Assembly: GCA_951406725.2 (NCBI GenBank)
Contig: OX597817.1
Coordinates: 78,740,001-78,804,000 of the forward strand
Source of the DNA: Octopus vulgaris
Taxonomy: Eukaryota
Length of the DNA stretch: 64,000 nucleotides
Direction: 5' to 3'
The notes below the pieces were generated by a model that worked only from the letters and a program-made list of their open reading frames with translations, was not told where the DNA came from and did not search any database. This document shows positions 39,355-53,019 of this stretch, piece after piece. Both the position numbers and the translations under genes were made by a program. How positions within the stretch are numbered: the first letter of the stretch is position 1; each line of letters starts with the position of its first letter.

Positions 39355-40012
39355 CCGTTTCTGTTGTGATGCAAGACCTATTTTTCTTCACCTGTAAAAA
39401 TGTGTTTCAGAAATGACAGATTGTCATTCCTTGTCAGAAGAGACTGCTGCAGATGGTGGAACATTGTGTCCGGCTCTCAAGCAGGATCTCATATCGAACC
39501 CAAATTCCCTCTTTGTATGTTTTTCTAATTTCTTGAGATGTTCATGGATTGGTGAACATGACACATTAAATTTTTGTACCAAATCCCTGGTGCTTTGACG
39601 TGGATCCAATACAATAGATTCATTCAAAAGGTCGTCATTAAGAGTGGGTCATCTTCCAGAGTGAGGCTTATCAGATGTCCCAGTCACCATCTTTAAACCT
39701 CTTAAACCACAGCTGAAATACATGAACTTTCACTGCATCTGGATACACTTCACAAATGTTTTTCATTGCTTCTGTTAGTGGAACTTTTCTTTCGAAATTC
39801 ATACAGTAAGCTATGGTGAAAATGTTGTTTCATAAGCTTCATGTCCTCCATGGGATAATTAATGAAATAACTATGGGTGGCACTGTGCCAGATAGAAGAG
39901 ATGATATGCTATTTCTAGATAGTTCACACCCATTCGAACATGGTTCTGATATGATTGGTTGATTCATATTTCATAGTGGTGAAAAAATGTAATTACTTTC
40001 CAAACACTCTAA
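39355..40012 (-). mobile_element. mariner element 5' half (TIR plus N-terminal transposase pseudogene)
   Basis: TA|TTAGAGTGTTTGGAAAGTAATTAC end, ATG at 39851, and motifs LLYEF, KNICEVYPDAV, WFKRFKDGD, DKPHSGR, DPRQSTRDL and FLKHIFTGEEK. Confidence 0.88.
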
Positions 40013-40169
40013 TATGATTTTGTATGCATATGTATATAATATGCATATGTATGTGTTTATATATATACATGTGTATCTGTGTATATATATGTATATATAT
40101 ATATATATATGTATATGTGTGTGTTTATATATATATATATATATATATATATGCATGTGTGTGTATGTA

Positions 40170-40540
40170 TTCTTTTATTCTTTTATTCTTTTACTTGTTT
40201 CAGTCATTTGACTGTGGCCATGCTGGAGCACTGCCTTTAGTTGAATCAAATGGACCTCAGGACTTATTCTTTGTAAGCCTAGTACTTATTCTATCGATCT
40301 CCTTTGCCGAACCGCTAAGTGACGGGGACCTAAACACCCCAGTGTCAGTTGTCAAGTGATGGTGAAGGGACAAACACAGACACACAAACATATACACATA
40401 CACACATATATATATACATATATATGATGGGCTTCTTTTAGTTTCCATCTACCAAATCCATTCACGAGGCTTTGGTTGGCCCGAGTCTATAGTAGAAGAG
40501 ACTTACCCTAGTGCCACGCAGTGGGACTGAACCCAGAACA
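40170..40540 (-). mobile_element. SINE family A lacking its extreme 5' head
   Basis: Tail, linker and body are present; truncated at the inverted duplication. Confidence 0.85.
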
Positions 40541-40541
40541 A

Positions 40542-41116
40542 ATGGTGATGTGACAAACACAAATACAAGACATCTCTGCATGCACACACTTGTACACACA
40601 CACACGCTCATACACATATATGTACACATGCATTAAGATATATGCATGTGTTTATATATTTATGCATATAAATACATGTGCATGTAGATATATATATGTA
40701 TATATTGTTGTATTTAGGAATGGTCATTTTGCCAGCTTAGCCAATAAAAACACACGCACTATATATTTGGTGTTACTTTGCTTCAGTGTTATTTATTTTT
40801 TACATTAATCTTAATCTTATTTCAGCCTGAGTTCTTTCGTCACACTCCTGTGACCGCATCAGTGATCCTTTGCTTTCTTCTTTCTTATTTGTGTGTCTCT
40901 CCTGAAGCAAAGTAACACCAAATATATAGTGTGTGTGTTTTTATTGGCTAAACTGGCAAAATGACCATTCCAAAATACAACAATGTCTGTTTCAACACAC
41001 GACTTCACATAAAAAATCTTGCACAACAAATATATATGTATATATACATGTATTTATATGCATAAATATATAAACACATGCATATACATTAATGCATAGG
41101 TACATGTATGTGTATG

Positions 41117-41155
<39 letters not shown>

Positions 41156-41200
41156 GTGTGTGTGTAGATGTCTTGCATTTATGTTTGTCACTATCACCAT
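40542..41200. repeat. Nested inverted duplication around a 115-bp spacer
   Basis: 40704-40786 vs 40902-40984 (83 bp, 3 mismatches), with outer arms ~40542-40700 vs ~41029-41200. Confidence 0.9.
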
Positions 41201-41388
41201 CTGACAACTGGTCCTGGTTTGTTTTCATCCCTGTAACTTAGCTGTTCACCAAAACAGAAATAGAATAAGCACCAAACTTACAGTAAGTTCTGGGCCTGAT
41301 TTGTTCAACTAACTTTACAAGTCAGTGCTACAGCATGGCAGCAGACCAACGACTAAAATAGAAAAATAAAAAGTTAAAAGTGCATATA

Positions 41389-41804
41389 GGCATAGGAGTG
41401 GCTGTGTGGTAAGTAGCTTGTTTACCAACCACATGGTTCTGGGTTCAGTCCCACTGCATGGCACCTTGGGGAAGTGTTTTCTACTATAGCCTCGGGCCGA
41501 CCAAAGCCTTGTGAGTGGATTTGGTAGGCGGAAACTGAAAGAAGCCCGTCGTATATATGTATATAAATATATATATGTGTGTGTATGTTTGTGTGTCTGT
41601 GTTTGTTCCCCTAGCATTGCTTGACAACCGATGCTGGTGTGTTTACGTCGCCATCACTTAGTGGTTCAGCAAACGAGTCTGATAGAATAAGCACTGGGCT
41701 TACAAAGAATAAGTCCTGGGGTCGATTTGCTCGACTAAAGGCGGTGCTCCAGCATGGCCGCAGTCAAATGACTGAAACAAGTAAAAGAGAAAGAGTAAAA
41801 GAGT
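41389..41804 (+). mobile_element. SINE family A, full-length reference copy
   Basis: tRNA-like head with A/B-box-like motifs, ACCTTGGG.AAGT body, (TA)/(TG) linker, LINE-like tail and (AAAGAGT)n end. Confidence 0.93.
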
Positions 41805-41808
41805 AATA

Positions 41809-42184
41809 TTATTACCTCCATATTAGTGAATGCGGAGGTATTGTTTTTCAGTCATATTTGTTTGTTTTTTGCTTGACCATGGACAAGATATCTCAAGAAC
41901 TGCTGGATGGATTTGGATTAAACTTTCAGGGATGTTTGGCCTCGTGACTTGTATGAACCGATTAGATTTTAGGATTGATCTGATACCGGACAAGGATTCT
42001 GGATTATTTTTTCTGTTTATTTAATTAATTTTTGAAAACAATCAGGGCCATTTTTACTAGTCTCGTTTGTGAAAGCAGTCGAGTTTATTTCAGATATTCT
42101 CATTTTAAAACTTATCTCTGGCTAATCGTTGAGAGGACGTTGGTGTTGCCTTAAGAGGTTTGTGCTCTCTTAGTGCTCTTGTTT
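41809..42184 (+). mobile_element. Helentron-associated (HINE/DINE-1-like) non-autonomous element
   Basis: 5' TTATTACCTCC...GGAGGTA hairpin, internal GGATGGATTTGGATTAAACTTTCAGG, and 3' GAGGTTTGTGCTCTCTTAGTGCTCTTGTTT. Family assignment is from recalled architecture. Confidence 0.6.
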
Positions 42185-42568
42185 AATATTTAGATTGAGT
42201 TATCATGGATTATTACCTATATGAATATAAACATATATACATGGGCAGTGAGAAAGGATTCTCACTGGCATTAGCTGTGTGGTAAGAAGTTTACTTCCTA
42301 ACTACATGGTTCCAAGTTCAGTCCTACTGCGTGGCACCTTGGGCAAGTATCTTCAACAATAGCCTTGGGCTATTGGTTAGAATTTATATTAATACCTGTG
42401 ATATCACAGGTATTAATATAAACTGTAACCCACTTATTGTTGACCGTTACCTCAAGCCCTCAATAGAAAACATACTACATATTTATATGTATATATATAT
42501 ATATGTTAAGGACAAGCACGAACACTAAGACACTAACATATACATGTATGATGATCATCTTTCAAGTG

Positions 42569-42877
42569 AAGGCGCATGGCTCAGTGGTTAGAGCATCGAA
42601 TCCCAAACCGGGCTGCATGTTGTGTTCTTGAGCAAGACACTTTATTTCACATTGCTCCAGTTCACTCAGCTGTAGGAATGAGTTGTGACGTCACAGGTGC
42701 CAAGCTGTATCAGCCCCTTTGCCTTTCCCTTGGATAACACTGGTGGCATGGAGAGACGAGGCCAGTATGCATAGGCAACTGCTGGTCTTCCATAAGCAAC
42801 TTTGCCCGGACTTGTGCCTAGGAGGGTAACTTTCTAGCTGCAATCTCATGGTCAGTCATGACCGAAGGGGGTCTCAG
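42569..42877 (+). mobile_element. tRNA-derived SINE family C
   Basis: A box TGGCTCAGTGG and body CTTGAGCAAGACACTTTATTTC; inverted homologue at 55635-55961. Confidence 0.82.
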
Positions 42878-43301
42878 CAGATCATTTTTCAGTTTCCTTC
42901 TTCCCTACCTACCTACCTATAAGGTTTTGGTCAGTCTGAGACTATAATAAAAGACATTTCTCCAAGATGCCGCACACTGGAAGTAAACCAAGAAACATGT
43001 GGTTGGGAGGCAAGTTTCTTACCCCACAGCCATGCCTGCTGTGTTTTCAACAGACATTTATCTATAAATATCTGTCATTTGAAAGGCACAAAACGTATAT
43101 GAATTTGCTTTGTTTTCAGCTCACAGAAACATTAGCTATTTAGTATGGAAGTACATTGTAAAATAATTGTCCTTCTCAGATCAAATATACAAATAAACGG
43201 TTTCCTGAATATGTGTGGAAAGAGCAGGAGTGTGTGTGTATAAATAGATGGATGGACAAAGATAAAGAAATACATATCTCATTTGTCTCCACATACATAA
43301 C

Positions 43302-43351
<50 letters not shown>

Positions 43352-43384
43352 CATATATATATATAAGTATACATACACACACAC

Positions 43385-43497
<113 letters not shown>

Positions 43498-43613
43498 TTA
43501 TATATATATATAAATATGTCTATATGTGGGTGGATACAAAGTGACAGAAATAAAAGGATGTGTGGAGTAGTGTACAGCTAGCTGGATCAAAAGATGGAGA
43601 GATATACATACAT

Positions 43614-43652
<39 letters not shown>

Positions 43653-44027
43653 CACACACATACACACATACACATCAATAATATAATTAAGATGCTATTT
43701 TGTATGAAAAACATTTAAATATATATTTTATAATTTTTTTAAAAGAAATGGATCAATTATAGTTTAATTAGTTAGATCAAAGACTCATTAAAGAATTTGG
43801 CAACACTTATTAAAGACAAAGAATGGATATATGGAATAGGTAAAAATCATAAAGCCCATTTTATGGTTGACATTGGTTTATAACAATAATTGTGATATAA
43901 TGATGACAGCAGCATAAAGTTTGTCATTTATTCATTAAGACAATAGATTGCACAAGCAGACATCGCCAACAATATATAATAATGATAAATTAAATTAATA
44001 AATGAAAATAATGGAATAGAGTTTAAA

Positions 44028-44310
44028 AAATGAGACTAGCAGTAAATAATTTCTTCCATCATAACAGAAAAAAAGAAAACATAAGTGATATCTGATTAGA
44101 TAAAAATACTTTATACTAAATATATAACAGCATATACCTTGTGATCTGACAATTTTTTAAAATGAATAAATAATTAAAATAAAAGAAAATAAATGAGACT
44201 ATCAGCCAGTAATTTTATTCCCATACTTCAGAGAGAAAAGGATGGCATATATCTGACTGGATAAAAATGTTTTATGCTAAATATATCACACAGACCTTGT
44301 GATTTGACAA
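44028..44310. repeat. Old tandem duplication, ~164-bp period
   Basis: AAATGAGACTA...ATATCTGA..GATAAAAAT...ACCTTGTGAT.TGACAA occurs twice. Confidence 0.75.
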
Positions 44311-44561
44311 ATGTTTTCCTTTTTTTCAAAATTTTTTCAAGTGAAATTTTTTCCACGTTCTTATTGTAATAATTTTTACATTATTCTTTTGAATTTGTAC
44401 ATCAAAAATTTTAATTAATGTTACAGATCATTTTTTCCCCTGCAATTTAAATGATAAAATGAAAACAATATTGCAAGCAGATTCACACAACATCATTCAA
44501 AGCCCGTTTTGCATGCTGGCATACGTGCTAATATATAAATATACATACATATATACATACA

Positions 44562-44593
<32 letters not shown>

Positions 44594-44909
44594 CGCTCAT
44601 ATATACTCATATATATTTAAATTTGAAATGAATATTGTTAAACTTTTTTATGCTTTATTCTGCTTAATTACTTGGGACTTGTAAAAATGGGGTGAATACT
44701 TAGATATCTTACCCATACAAAGAACTATAAATATATTCTAAAAAATCCTTATATCTGTATGCCTCTGTGTGTGTGTGTGTGTGTTTATATCTCCATGCAT
44801 ATATATATATGTACATATGCACACGTATAAGTATTTGTATAGATACAATCTATGCTTATGTGTGTATATGATCTTACTTTAAGATTTTGTTTTTAGCTAT
44901 ACTCTCTCC

Positions 44910-45530
44910 TCACTCTTTTACTCCTTTACTTGTTTCAGTCATTTGACTGTGGCCATGCTGGAGCACCGCCTTTAGTTGAGCTAATTGACCCCAGGACTTA
45001 TTCTTTGAAAGCCTAGTACTTATTCTATTGGTCTCTTTTCCCGAACCACTAAGTTACGGGGACGTAAACACACCACTATCGGTTGTCAAGTGATGTTGGG
45101 GGACAATCATATACACACACATACATATATATGATGGGCTTCTTTCAGTTTCTGTCTACCAAATCCACTCACAAGGCTTTGATTGGCCTGAGGCTATAAT
45201 AGAAGACACTTGCCCAAGGTGCCACGCAGTGGGAATGAATCCAGAACCATGTGATTCATAAGCAAGCTACTTACCACATAGCCACTCCTATCCAAAGTTT
45301 TCTTTTTTATTTCTTTATTCTTTTACTTGTTTCTATCATTTGACTGCAGCCATGCTGGAGCACCACCTTAATGGGATTTTCAGTCAAAGAAATCGACCCC
45401 AGGACTTATTCTTTGTAAGCCTAGTTCTTATTCTATCAGTCTCTATTGCTGAAATGCTAAGTTACGGGGACATAAACATACCAACATTGGTTGTCACACA
45501 ATGGTGGGAGGACATGCACAGACACAAAGA
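44910..45530 (-). mobile_element. SINE family A: full copy (44910-45290) plus adjacent 3' half (45305-45530)
   Basis: Reverse complement of the reference copy. Confidence 0.9.
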
Positions 45531-45729
45531 CACCACTCAAAACCATATATCATGGCTATTCTGTTAAACTGTTGTATGTCCAAATTTGGCTAAATGTGTT
45601 TTTTCCAATATTTAATTTTACTATCCCTAGCTGCTTCAGATACCAAGATAGGAAAATTATCAGTGTAGTACAACAGTTTAGTATTTTTCAAAAGTGTAGT
45701 AAGTCCCACATACAACAGTTTTGCAAAAA

Positions 45730-45945
45730 TATTTCTTATTTCTTTATTGTCCACAAGGGGCTAAACATAGATGGGACAAACAAGGACAGACAAAGGGATT
45801 AAGTTGATTACATCGACTCCAGTACGTAACTGGTACTTATTCAATCGACCCCGAAAGCAGAATTTGAACTCAGAATGTAGTGGCAGACGAAATACTGCTA
45901 AACATTTTGTCTGGCATCCTAACGTTTCTGCCAGCTTGCTGCCTT
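45730..45945 (-). mobile_element. SINE family B
   Basis: GGGGCTAAACATAGA...TTTCTGCCAGCTTGCTGCCTTAA. Confidence 0.82.
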
Positions 45946-46009
45946 AAAATATTTCGAAAATATCATACATGCATGGAATTACAGATTTATGCACCCAACA
46001 AAGTATTAT

Positions 46010-46352
46010 TGGACATTGAGGGTTCCAGTTGATCAATTCAATGGAATAGCCTGCTCATGAAATTAGCATGCAAGTAGCTGAGCCCTCCACAGACACATGT
46101 TAGTTCTTGGGGGAGATTCAGCATGACACAGAGTGTGACAAGGCTGGCCCTTTGAAATACAGGTACAACAGAAACAGGAAGAAAGAGTGAGAGAAAGTTG
46201 TGGTGAAAGAGTACAGCAGAAGACGCCACCACCCCCTGCCAGAGCCTAATGGAGCTTTAGGTGTTTTCACTTAATTCCCAGTATGGAAACTCAAACCATG
46301 ATCCTATGACCATGAGTCTGCTGCCCTAACCACTGAGCCATTGCACCTTCAC
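46010..46352 (-). mobile_element. SINE family C variant
   Basis: Reverse A box CTAACCACTGAGCCA; shares blocks with 52655-52950 and 53295-53520. Confidence 0.75.
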
Positions 46353-46385
46353 AGCAACAATGTATGTATATATATGCACACACAC

Positions 46386-46428
<43 letters not shown>

Positions 46429-46429
46429 T

Positions 46430-46570
46430 ACAATGGGTTTATATCAGTTTCCATCTACCAAATCCACTCACAAGGCTTTGGTCAGCCCAAGGCTATAGTA
46501 GAAGACACTTGCTCAAGGTGCTATGCAGTGGGACTGAACTTGAAACCATGGGCTTTAGGAAGCAAGGTTT
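46430..46570 (-). mobile_element. SINE family A, 5' half
   Basis: CAGTTTCCATCTACCAAATCCACTCACAAGGCTTTGG. Confidence 0.82.
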
Positions 46571-46714
46571 CTACAGCTGGATGCCCTTCCTAACACCAAC
46601 CATGCTAGAATTGTGCCTTTTACATGCCATTGGTTGGGAGCCAGTCAGGCGGCACTGGCATTGGCCATGACTATGAAATATATAAAAATATATATATATA
46701 TATACATATGTCAT

Positions 46715-47087
46715 GAGTAATTACTCGGGGTAGGCAGTTAGTAACATTTATGTAGTAAAAAAAAAAAAATAAGCAAAACACAGGTGAGTGAGTGAATTGG
46801 AGGTACATTTATTTCTGCCTTTATAATGCGTAAAGAAAACATTGTACGCAGCATATGTACTACAGCAGTACTATGTGTTTTTTTTAATACTGAGACTGAA
46901 AGGCAGGGGTGAAGTATGCCTACCTAATCTACAAAATAATATAATATTTTTGCATTTTACGCACAATAATCAGAGTAGCCATCATAATTTTATTGAATTA
47001 GGTGTATATTTCGCCAAAAAGGAAAATGTTACTATTGCTCAATTCCATTCAGGGTAGGTACTGCCTACCCAGGCAGCACGTGCCTGA
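46715..47087. mobile_element. Possible non-autonomous DNA transposon remnant with GGGTAGGCA motifs at both ends
   Basis: Left GGGTAGGCAGT..AGTAACATTT mirrors right AAATGTTACT...ACTGCCTACCC. No clear TSD. Confidence 0.4.
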
Positions 47088-47645
47088 TATATATATATAC
47101 ATGCACACGACAGGCTTGAATACACGCACACACAATCAATGACTTTCCTCAAGTTTTTCAAATTCAGTCACAATGCATTGGTTGTCCTGAGGCAATAGCA
47201 GAAGTCACTTGTCTGAAGTGCCATACACCAGGATTATGTGGGTGGTTGCATAGCAAACATCTTAACAACACAGCCATGGTAAAAATATATTCACTCTCTT
47301 ATCTTCATACTCTTCAGTTTCCCCTCATGGAAAATAACTCCTTCTCTCCCCCTCTCTCACACTCACTCTCATTTTGGTGAGTGATAGAGATGTTATACAT
47401 TCACCATACTACTAAAAATAGCAGCCATATCATCCCTTCCTTGCCCTCCTAAACACTGTCATGCACAAGATAAAATTCCTCCACTTTCGCCATACATGAA
47501 CTGTTCTCTCCTCATCATGTGGGATTTGTATGTGATGCATTCATGCTTCACACACATAATAATGGATTCTGCCACATTGAACTCCCTCAGGACAACCATC
47601 ATTGAGCTACTAGAAGTTGTTGTTGACGATGTTCATATACATATA

Positions 47646-47881
47646 CAGGGTGGCCCAAAAGTAGGTTTACAGTTATTCAACTACCTCTTTCGCATTCATA
47701 TATTAGCAGTCTAGATCTTAATTATATAAAAAACATGGAACCATTATCTTATGCTAATTTAGTTAATTTTGTAAAGGTCCCTTTTCAGTTTGTAAGATAG
47801 AAATTTAGATATAATAAAATGCTTTAAAAGGAATTTAAAGTGCCTACCTGATAACTGTAAGCCTACATTTGGGCCACCCTG
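47646..47881. mobile_element. 236-bp Tc1/mariner-type MITE, copy 2
   Basis: TA|CAGGGTGGCCCAAAAGTAGGTTTACAGTTAT ... ATAACTGTAAGCCTACATTTGGGCCACCCTG|TA. Confidence 0.93.
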
Positions 47882-48154
47882 TATATATGCAAGCAAGGAA
47901 AAGTGGACATCAAAATGATGATGATGGTATATATTACTTTTACTTGTCTCAGCCATGAAGACATTTCTTTGAAAATCATAAGCTATAACTGGTTCTGCTG
48001 CTGACCATGTCCAGTAAGTTCACAGTCACCAATTCACCACAGGGAAAGTTCACAATACAAATTTTTTGACATAATTTTTCAACTTCAGTTTTTCTCACAT
48101 TTATTTTTATTTTTAAATAAAATACTTTTTAACTATTTGGAGTGGCTGTGTGGT

Positions 48155-48316
48155 GGTGCAGGTGTGGCTGTGTGGTAAGTAGCTTGCTTACCAACCACAT
48201 GGTTCTGGGTTCAATCCCACTGCATGGCACCTTGGGCAAGTGTCTTCTACTATAGCCTCGGGCTGACCAAAGCCTTGTGAGTGGATTTGGTAGACGGAAA
48301 CTGAAAGAAGCCTGTC

Positions 48317-48350
<34 letters not shown>

Positions 48351-48576
48351 GTGTGTGTATATGATTGTGTGTCTGTGTTTGTCCCCCCAACATCGCTTGA
48401 CAACCGATGATGGTGTGTTTACATCCCTGTAACTTAGCGATTAGGCAAAAAGAGACTGATAGAGTAAGTACTAGGCTTACAAAGAATAAGTCCTGGGGTC
48501 GATTTGCTCAACTAAAGGCGTTGCTCCAGCATGACCGCAGTCAAATGACTAAAACAAGTAAAAGAGTAAAAGAGTA
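48155..48576 (+). mobile_element. SINE family A, full length
   Basis: Colinear with 41389-41804, preceded by a short duplicate of its head at 48139-48154. Confidence 0.93.
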
Positions 48577-49204
48577 TTGATGGTGAGATACTATGGATAT
48601 ATTTTCTTGGTAAACTGTCCTTGCAGTGAACTTTCTTCATAGTGAATTGATGGCAGTGATCTCTCCTGTGATGAATTGTTGGTGGTACAGGACTTACCTG
48701 TAATCATTGCTGACACTTCTGTCAACAAATCATCTGTTTGCTTTATGCATTGAAAGAGCTGAGAAACAAGAAATCCCTTACTTGTGAAGAAAAGTAATGG
48801 TTAGCTCCAGGAACGACAAACAGCCACAAAGATATGTTTTAATAGAGTATTCATCTAACTCGTGCTAGCGTGGAAAAATGAATGGTAAAAATAAATGACA
48901 CGAAGCAAAAAAATATGAATGGCAAGCACACACACACACAAACACATAAACACACACACATGCACCTATGCACACACATGTTAAGGCAGTCTGTTTCTGT
49001 TATCCAAAATGTATAGTTCTAAGAATATATTTATTTACTAAGTTACCTAAGTATATGTATACACACACACACATATATACATATATACATACATATGTTT
49101 ATACATATTATATACATTGTATAAAATATATATAAATACGTATATATATTTAAATAAATTCATATATATGTATTTATATATATTCATATATAAATACATG
49201 TATG

Positions 49205-49253
<49 letters not shown>

Positions 49254-49266
49254 GTGTATATATATG

Positions 49267-49300
<34 letters not shown>

Positions 49301-50353
49301 TAAGTTTTTTGGTAAAGGTGAAAACAATAAAAAATTGCACTCAAGAATATTAAGATCTTATGGTCAAGAGCTATATTTATTTACTTTTTTTCTTGTTCTT
49401 TCTATTTATTTATCTCCAAAGGAATTGAACGATATAACAGCTTTGGGTATTTCCTTTCTCATTTAGTTGCAACATAAAGCTAATTTTATACCTTTTCATG
49501 TTCCATTCTTGCAATTGTTACTTTTGTCTTTCTAATCCATTAAATTTGCATCCTTTCAGTCAATTTCCTTTACATTTCATACATACACACATAAACATAT
49601 AGAGGAGTGCACTCAGAAAAGTCTTTGCTGGTGTACTCACTCATTTGCTCATAAACATACATTCACATAAATATACATAGATACATACATACACAATTAC
49701 ACACACATATGTATAACCTCTTAAACTCCTATTTTCAGGCAGCCATTTTGAAGAGATAATCATGTGACCATTTACACATCATAATGATTGAAAATTTAAT
49801 AAAAGAATAAGAAAAAATGCACCAAAGTTGAAGAGAGGGAGAGAGACATAGAATAAAGGAGACACAGAGAGGTAGGAACAAAAAAAATAAAGAAACTAGA
49901 AACAGAGACAAGGAGAAAAGGAGAGAGAACGAGAGAGACAGACAGACCAAAGTAAACAAAAATCTAGAGAATGAAAAAAATAAAAATAAAATAAAAATAG
50001 AACAAAATCAAATTAAAAAATAAATAAATGAATAAAATGTCCCTCTTCTCAAATCATTTTCCTTTTCTTAGCAGTCAATCGTTAACATTAATCACTCAGC
50101 CATAAGCATATGTCTTCCTATCCACTCAGAGACTCTATATTTTACTGTTATTGTTATAGTCATCACCATCACCATCACCATTATCATCATCATCATCAGC
50201 AGCAGCAGCATCATCATCATCATCATTATTATTATTGCTGTTGTTGTTGATGTTGATGTTGTAGATATTATTATTATTGTTCTTGTTGTTGTCATTATTA
50301 TTATTATTATCATTATTGATATAGCTATTTACTACAATGTGGTGTGAGTATTT

Positions 50354-50384
<31 letters not shown>

Positions 50385-50544
50385 CATTTTTATATATATA
50401 CATATATATATGCATGTATATATATATACACATACACATGTATATATAAAGTACATATGCATGCATATTATATATACATATATATACATTATACATTTAG
50501 GTAAACCAATATGTACATATATATACATATATATGCACATAAAT

Positions 50545-50583
<39 letters not shown>

Positions 50584-50590
50584 CAATGTA

Positions 50591-50668
<78 letters not shown>

Positions 50669-51281
50669 AGCACGTATGTATGTATGATTGTATATATATA
50701 TGTATCAATCATCATATAAAACAAATATAAAACTCGCATATATATTTACCAGAGTGATTTTGACAGCCTATGCGCCTTATCATTTTTAACAGAAGCTTAG
50801 TCAAAGTTACTGCAAAATTTCCGCAATCACATCCGGCCTCTACTCAATTTTATTCGCATCATCCTTGTTTAAACATTTTTACTTGCGATAAATTTCTCAG
50901 ATTGCCACAAGATTGTCATTGGATTAGTCTAGAAGAGTCATTGTATGATGATACTTCAATCTCTATTTTTTTTTACCTTCTTCCGTTTTATTAACTATTT
51001 TTTCACCTTGCTTTTCAATCACAGATGATTGTCTGTGTGTATGTATTGTATATGTTTGTGCATGTGTATGTATATATTAACACGTATATTTCCATACTCA
51101 TATATATATGTGTGTGTATGAATTATGTTTATTTTGAAATGGTGATACATGTATACACACATAAGTATATATATATATATATACACACATATAAATATAT
51201 ATACAAATATATATATATGTATATATATGTACATAAGTATGTAGGTATACACATATATATGTGTATACATATACATATATT

Positions 51282-51330
<49 letters not shown>

Positions 51331-51368
51331 TGTATGTATATACATATATATGTATATATATGTGTATG

Positions 51369-51399
<31 letters not shown>

Positions 51400-51421
51400 A
51401 TCTATATCTATCAATCTATCT

Positions 51422-51462
<41 letters not shown>

Positions 51463-52654
51463 CTATATCTATCAATCTATCTATATATATATATATATAT
51501 ATACATACACATATGTATGTTGGAATTTGCAAACAAGAGGAAAAAGTACTCAATCCCAAAGTAGAGTGCAATTATTTATTATAGTGCTTATATTACTTTG
51601 TGTGTCTGTCTGTGTGTTTGTGTAGGTGTGTGGGTGTGTGAGTGTGTGTGTTTGTCCACGCATGTATGTGCATGTAAAGGAATGAGTATGCGAATCAGAC
51701 ATATAGAAATATGCATGCACAAGTAATTATGCATGTCGTTATCAGTGCTAGTACATATGACCACTTACATCACAACTTTACAAATGTACATATTTACTTA
51801 AGTGTACAGATTGGCAGGGATGCATATAATTATGGGTATATACGCGAATGTATAGTCTGAGTATGCATGGGTGTGCGTGTATGCATGTGTGCATAAGTAT
51901 TCATGTGCAAATTGTATGCATTTCTGGTTTGCATATCTGTATGATATTCTGTGAGTGATTTGATACAGACGTGTATGTAAATGTAGTATGCATAAGACTA
52001 GATCTTCATGTGTGTGTGTGTATGTTTGTATTTGTATTATGTATGATGTATGCAGTTCATGTCTGTATAACCACATAGCAGAGCTCTATTTTTATGTTAG
52101 CAGCTACGTATGTTTGCGAATGTGTGTGTGTGTATATATATATATATATGAAGGTCAGAATGTAAAATTTATAAGGGAGTGAGTGAATAAATGTCTCTAT
52201 GTATGCGTATGGGAAAATGTGACTATCAATCAAAAATAGCCACAAAATAATTATTGAAGAGAATCCTAAAACGTTCAAAGTGATCTGATTTCTATTGGCA
52301 AGGGTCTGAAGAAACCTGAAACATTATGAAAATGATGTAAAATTCTTCCGAGCATTAAATTGATAAAATTCAGCATCTAATGAAAAATTTGTGGCATCAA
52401 TAAAACTTTCAGACTTTTTAAATTGTCATTAGGAGCTTCTAATACTTTCATGGAATTTTATCTGGCATTAAGCATAAGGATGATGATAAGGAATCAGAGA
52501 TAGTTCTTTATTTACATATGGTTCTTTCATTCTTTTAGAATGGTAGAAGTAGCACAATACCACATGAGAGAAACAACAATAAGCTATATGCATATGTGTG
52601 CATCTGACTTGCACGTGTAAGATATATATATATATATATTTATTTATTTATTTA

Positions 52655-52950
52655 TGTGTCCTTTTCAAGCCTAGCTAGGCTCATGGGCCCGGTTTCTGTG
52701 GTGAATGTGTTCCCTCCAGCTGGACGGGATGCCAGTCCATCGCAGCGTTATTCAAGAAACAGGAAGAGAGAGTGAGAGAAAGTTGGGATGAAGGAGTAAA
52801 ACAGCGGCCGCCACCACCCCCTGCTGGAGCCTCGTGGAGCTTTAGGTGTTTTCACCTAATAAAAACACACAACGCCTGGTCTGGGAATTGAAATCGCAAT
52901 CTTCTGACTGCGAGTCAGCTGCCCTAACCACTGGGCCATTGTGCTTCCAC
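52655..52950 (-). mobile_element. SINE family C variant with clear tRNA-like head
   Basis: Minus strand reads TGGCCCAGTGGTTAGGGCAGCTGACTCGCAGTC...TTCAATTCC. Confidence 0.75.
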
Positions 52951-53019
52951 ACACACACATACACACACACACACACATATATATATTAGTCTCTCTTGTG
53001 ATTAAAAGTACTTATGACA

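Noticed and set aside
42569-42640. tRNA gene candidates at SINE heads
   Set aside because: A/B-box-like motifs run into SINE bodies with no complete cloverleaf.
47480-47620. PPLSPYMN...TLNSLRTTI, resembling a transposase C-terminus
   Set aside because: The similarity is too weak to support without an alignment search.
48188-48403. Recurrent peptide LSVSVYQIHSQGFG...CHAVGLNPEPCGW suggesting a gene family
   Set aside because: It is the antisense translation of SINE family A.
50925-50965. Hammerhead-like CTAGAAGA-GTCA..TGAT-GATAC
   Set aside because: Both core boxes are altered and no stem I is evident, so it is too degenerate to call.
52300-52330. CTGAAGA...GAAAC, and similar isolated boxes near 4864, 15701, 18389 and 38762
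   Set aside because: No pairable stems; such boxes are expected by chance.
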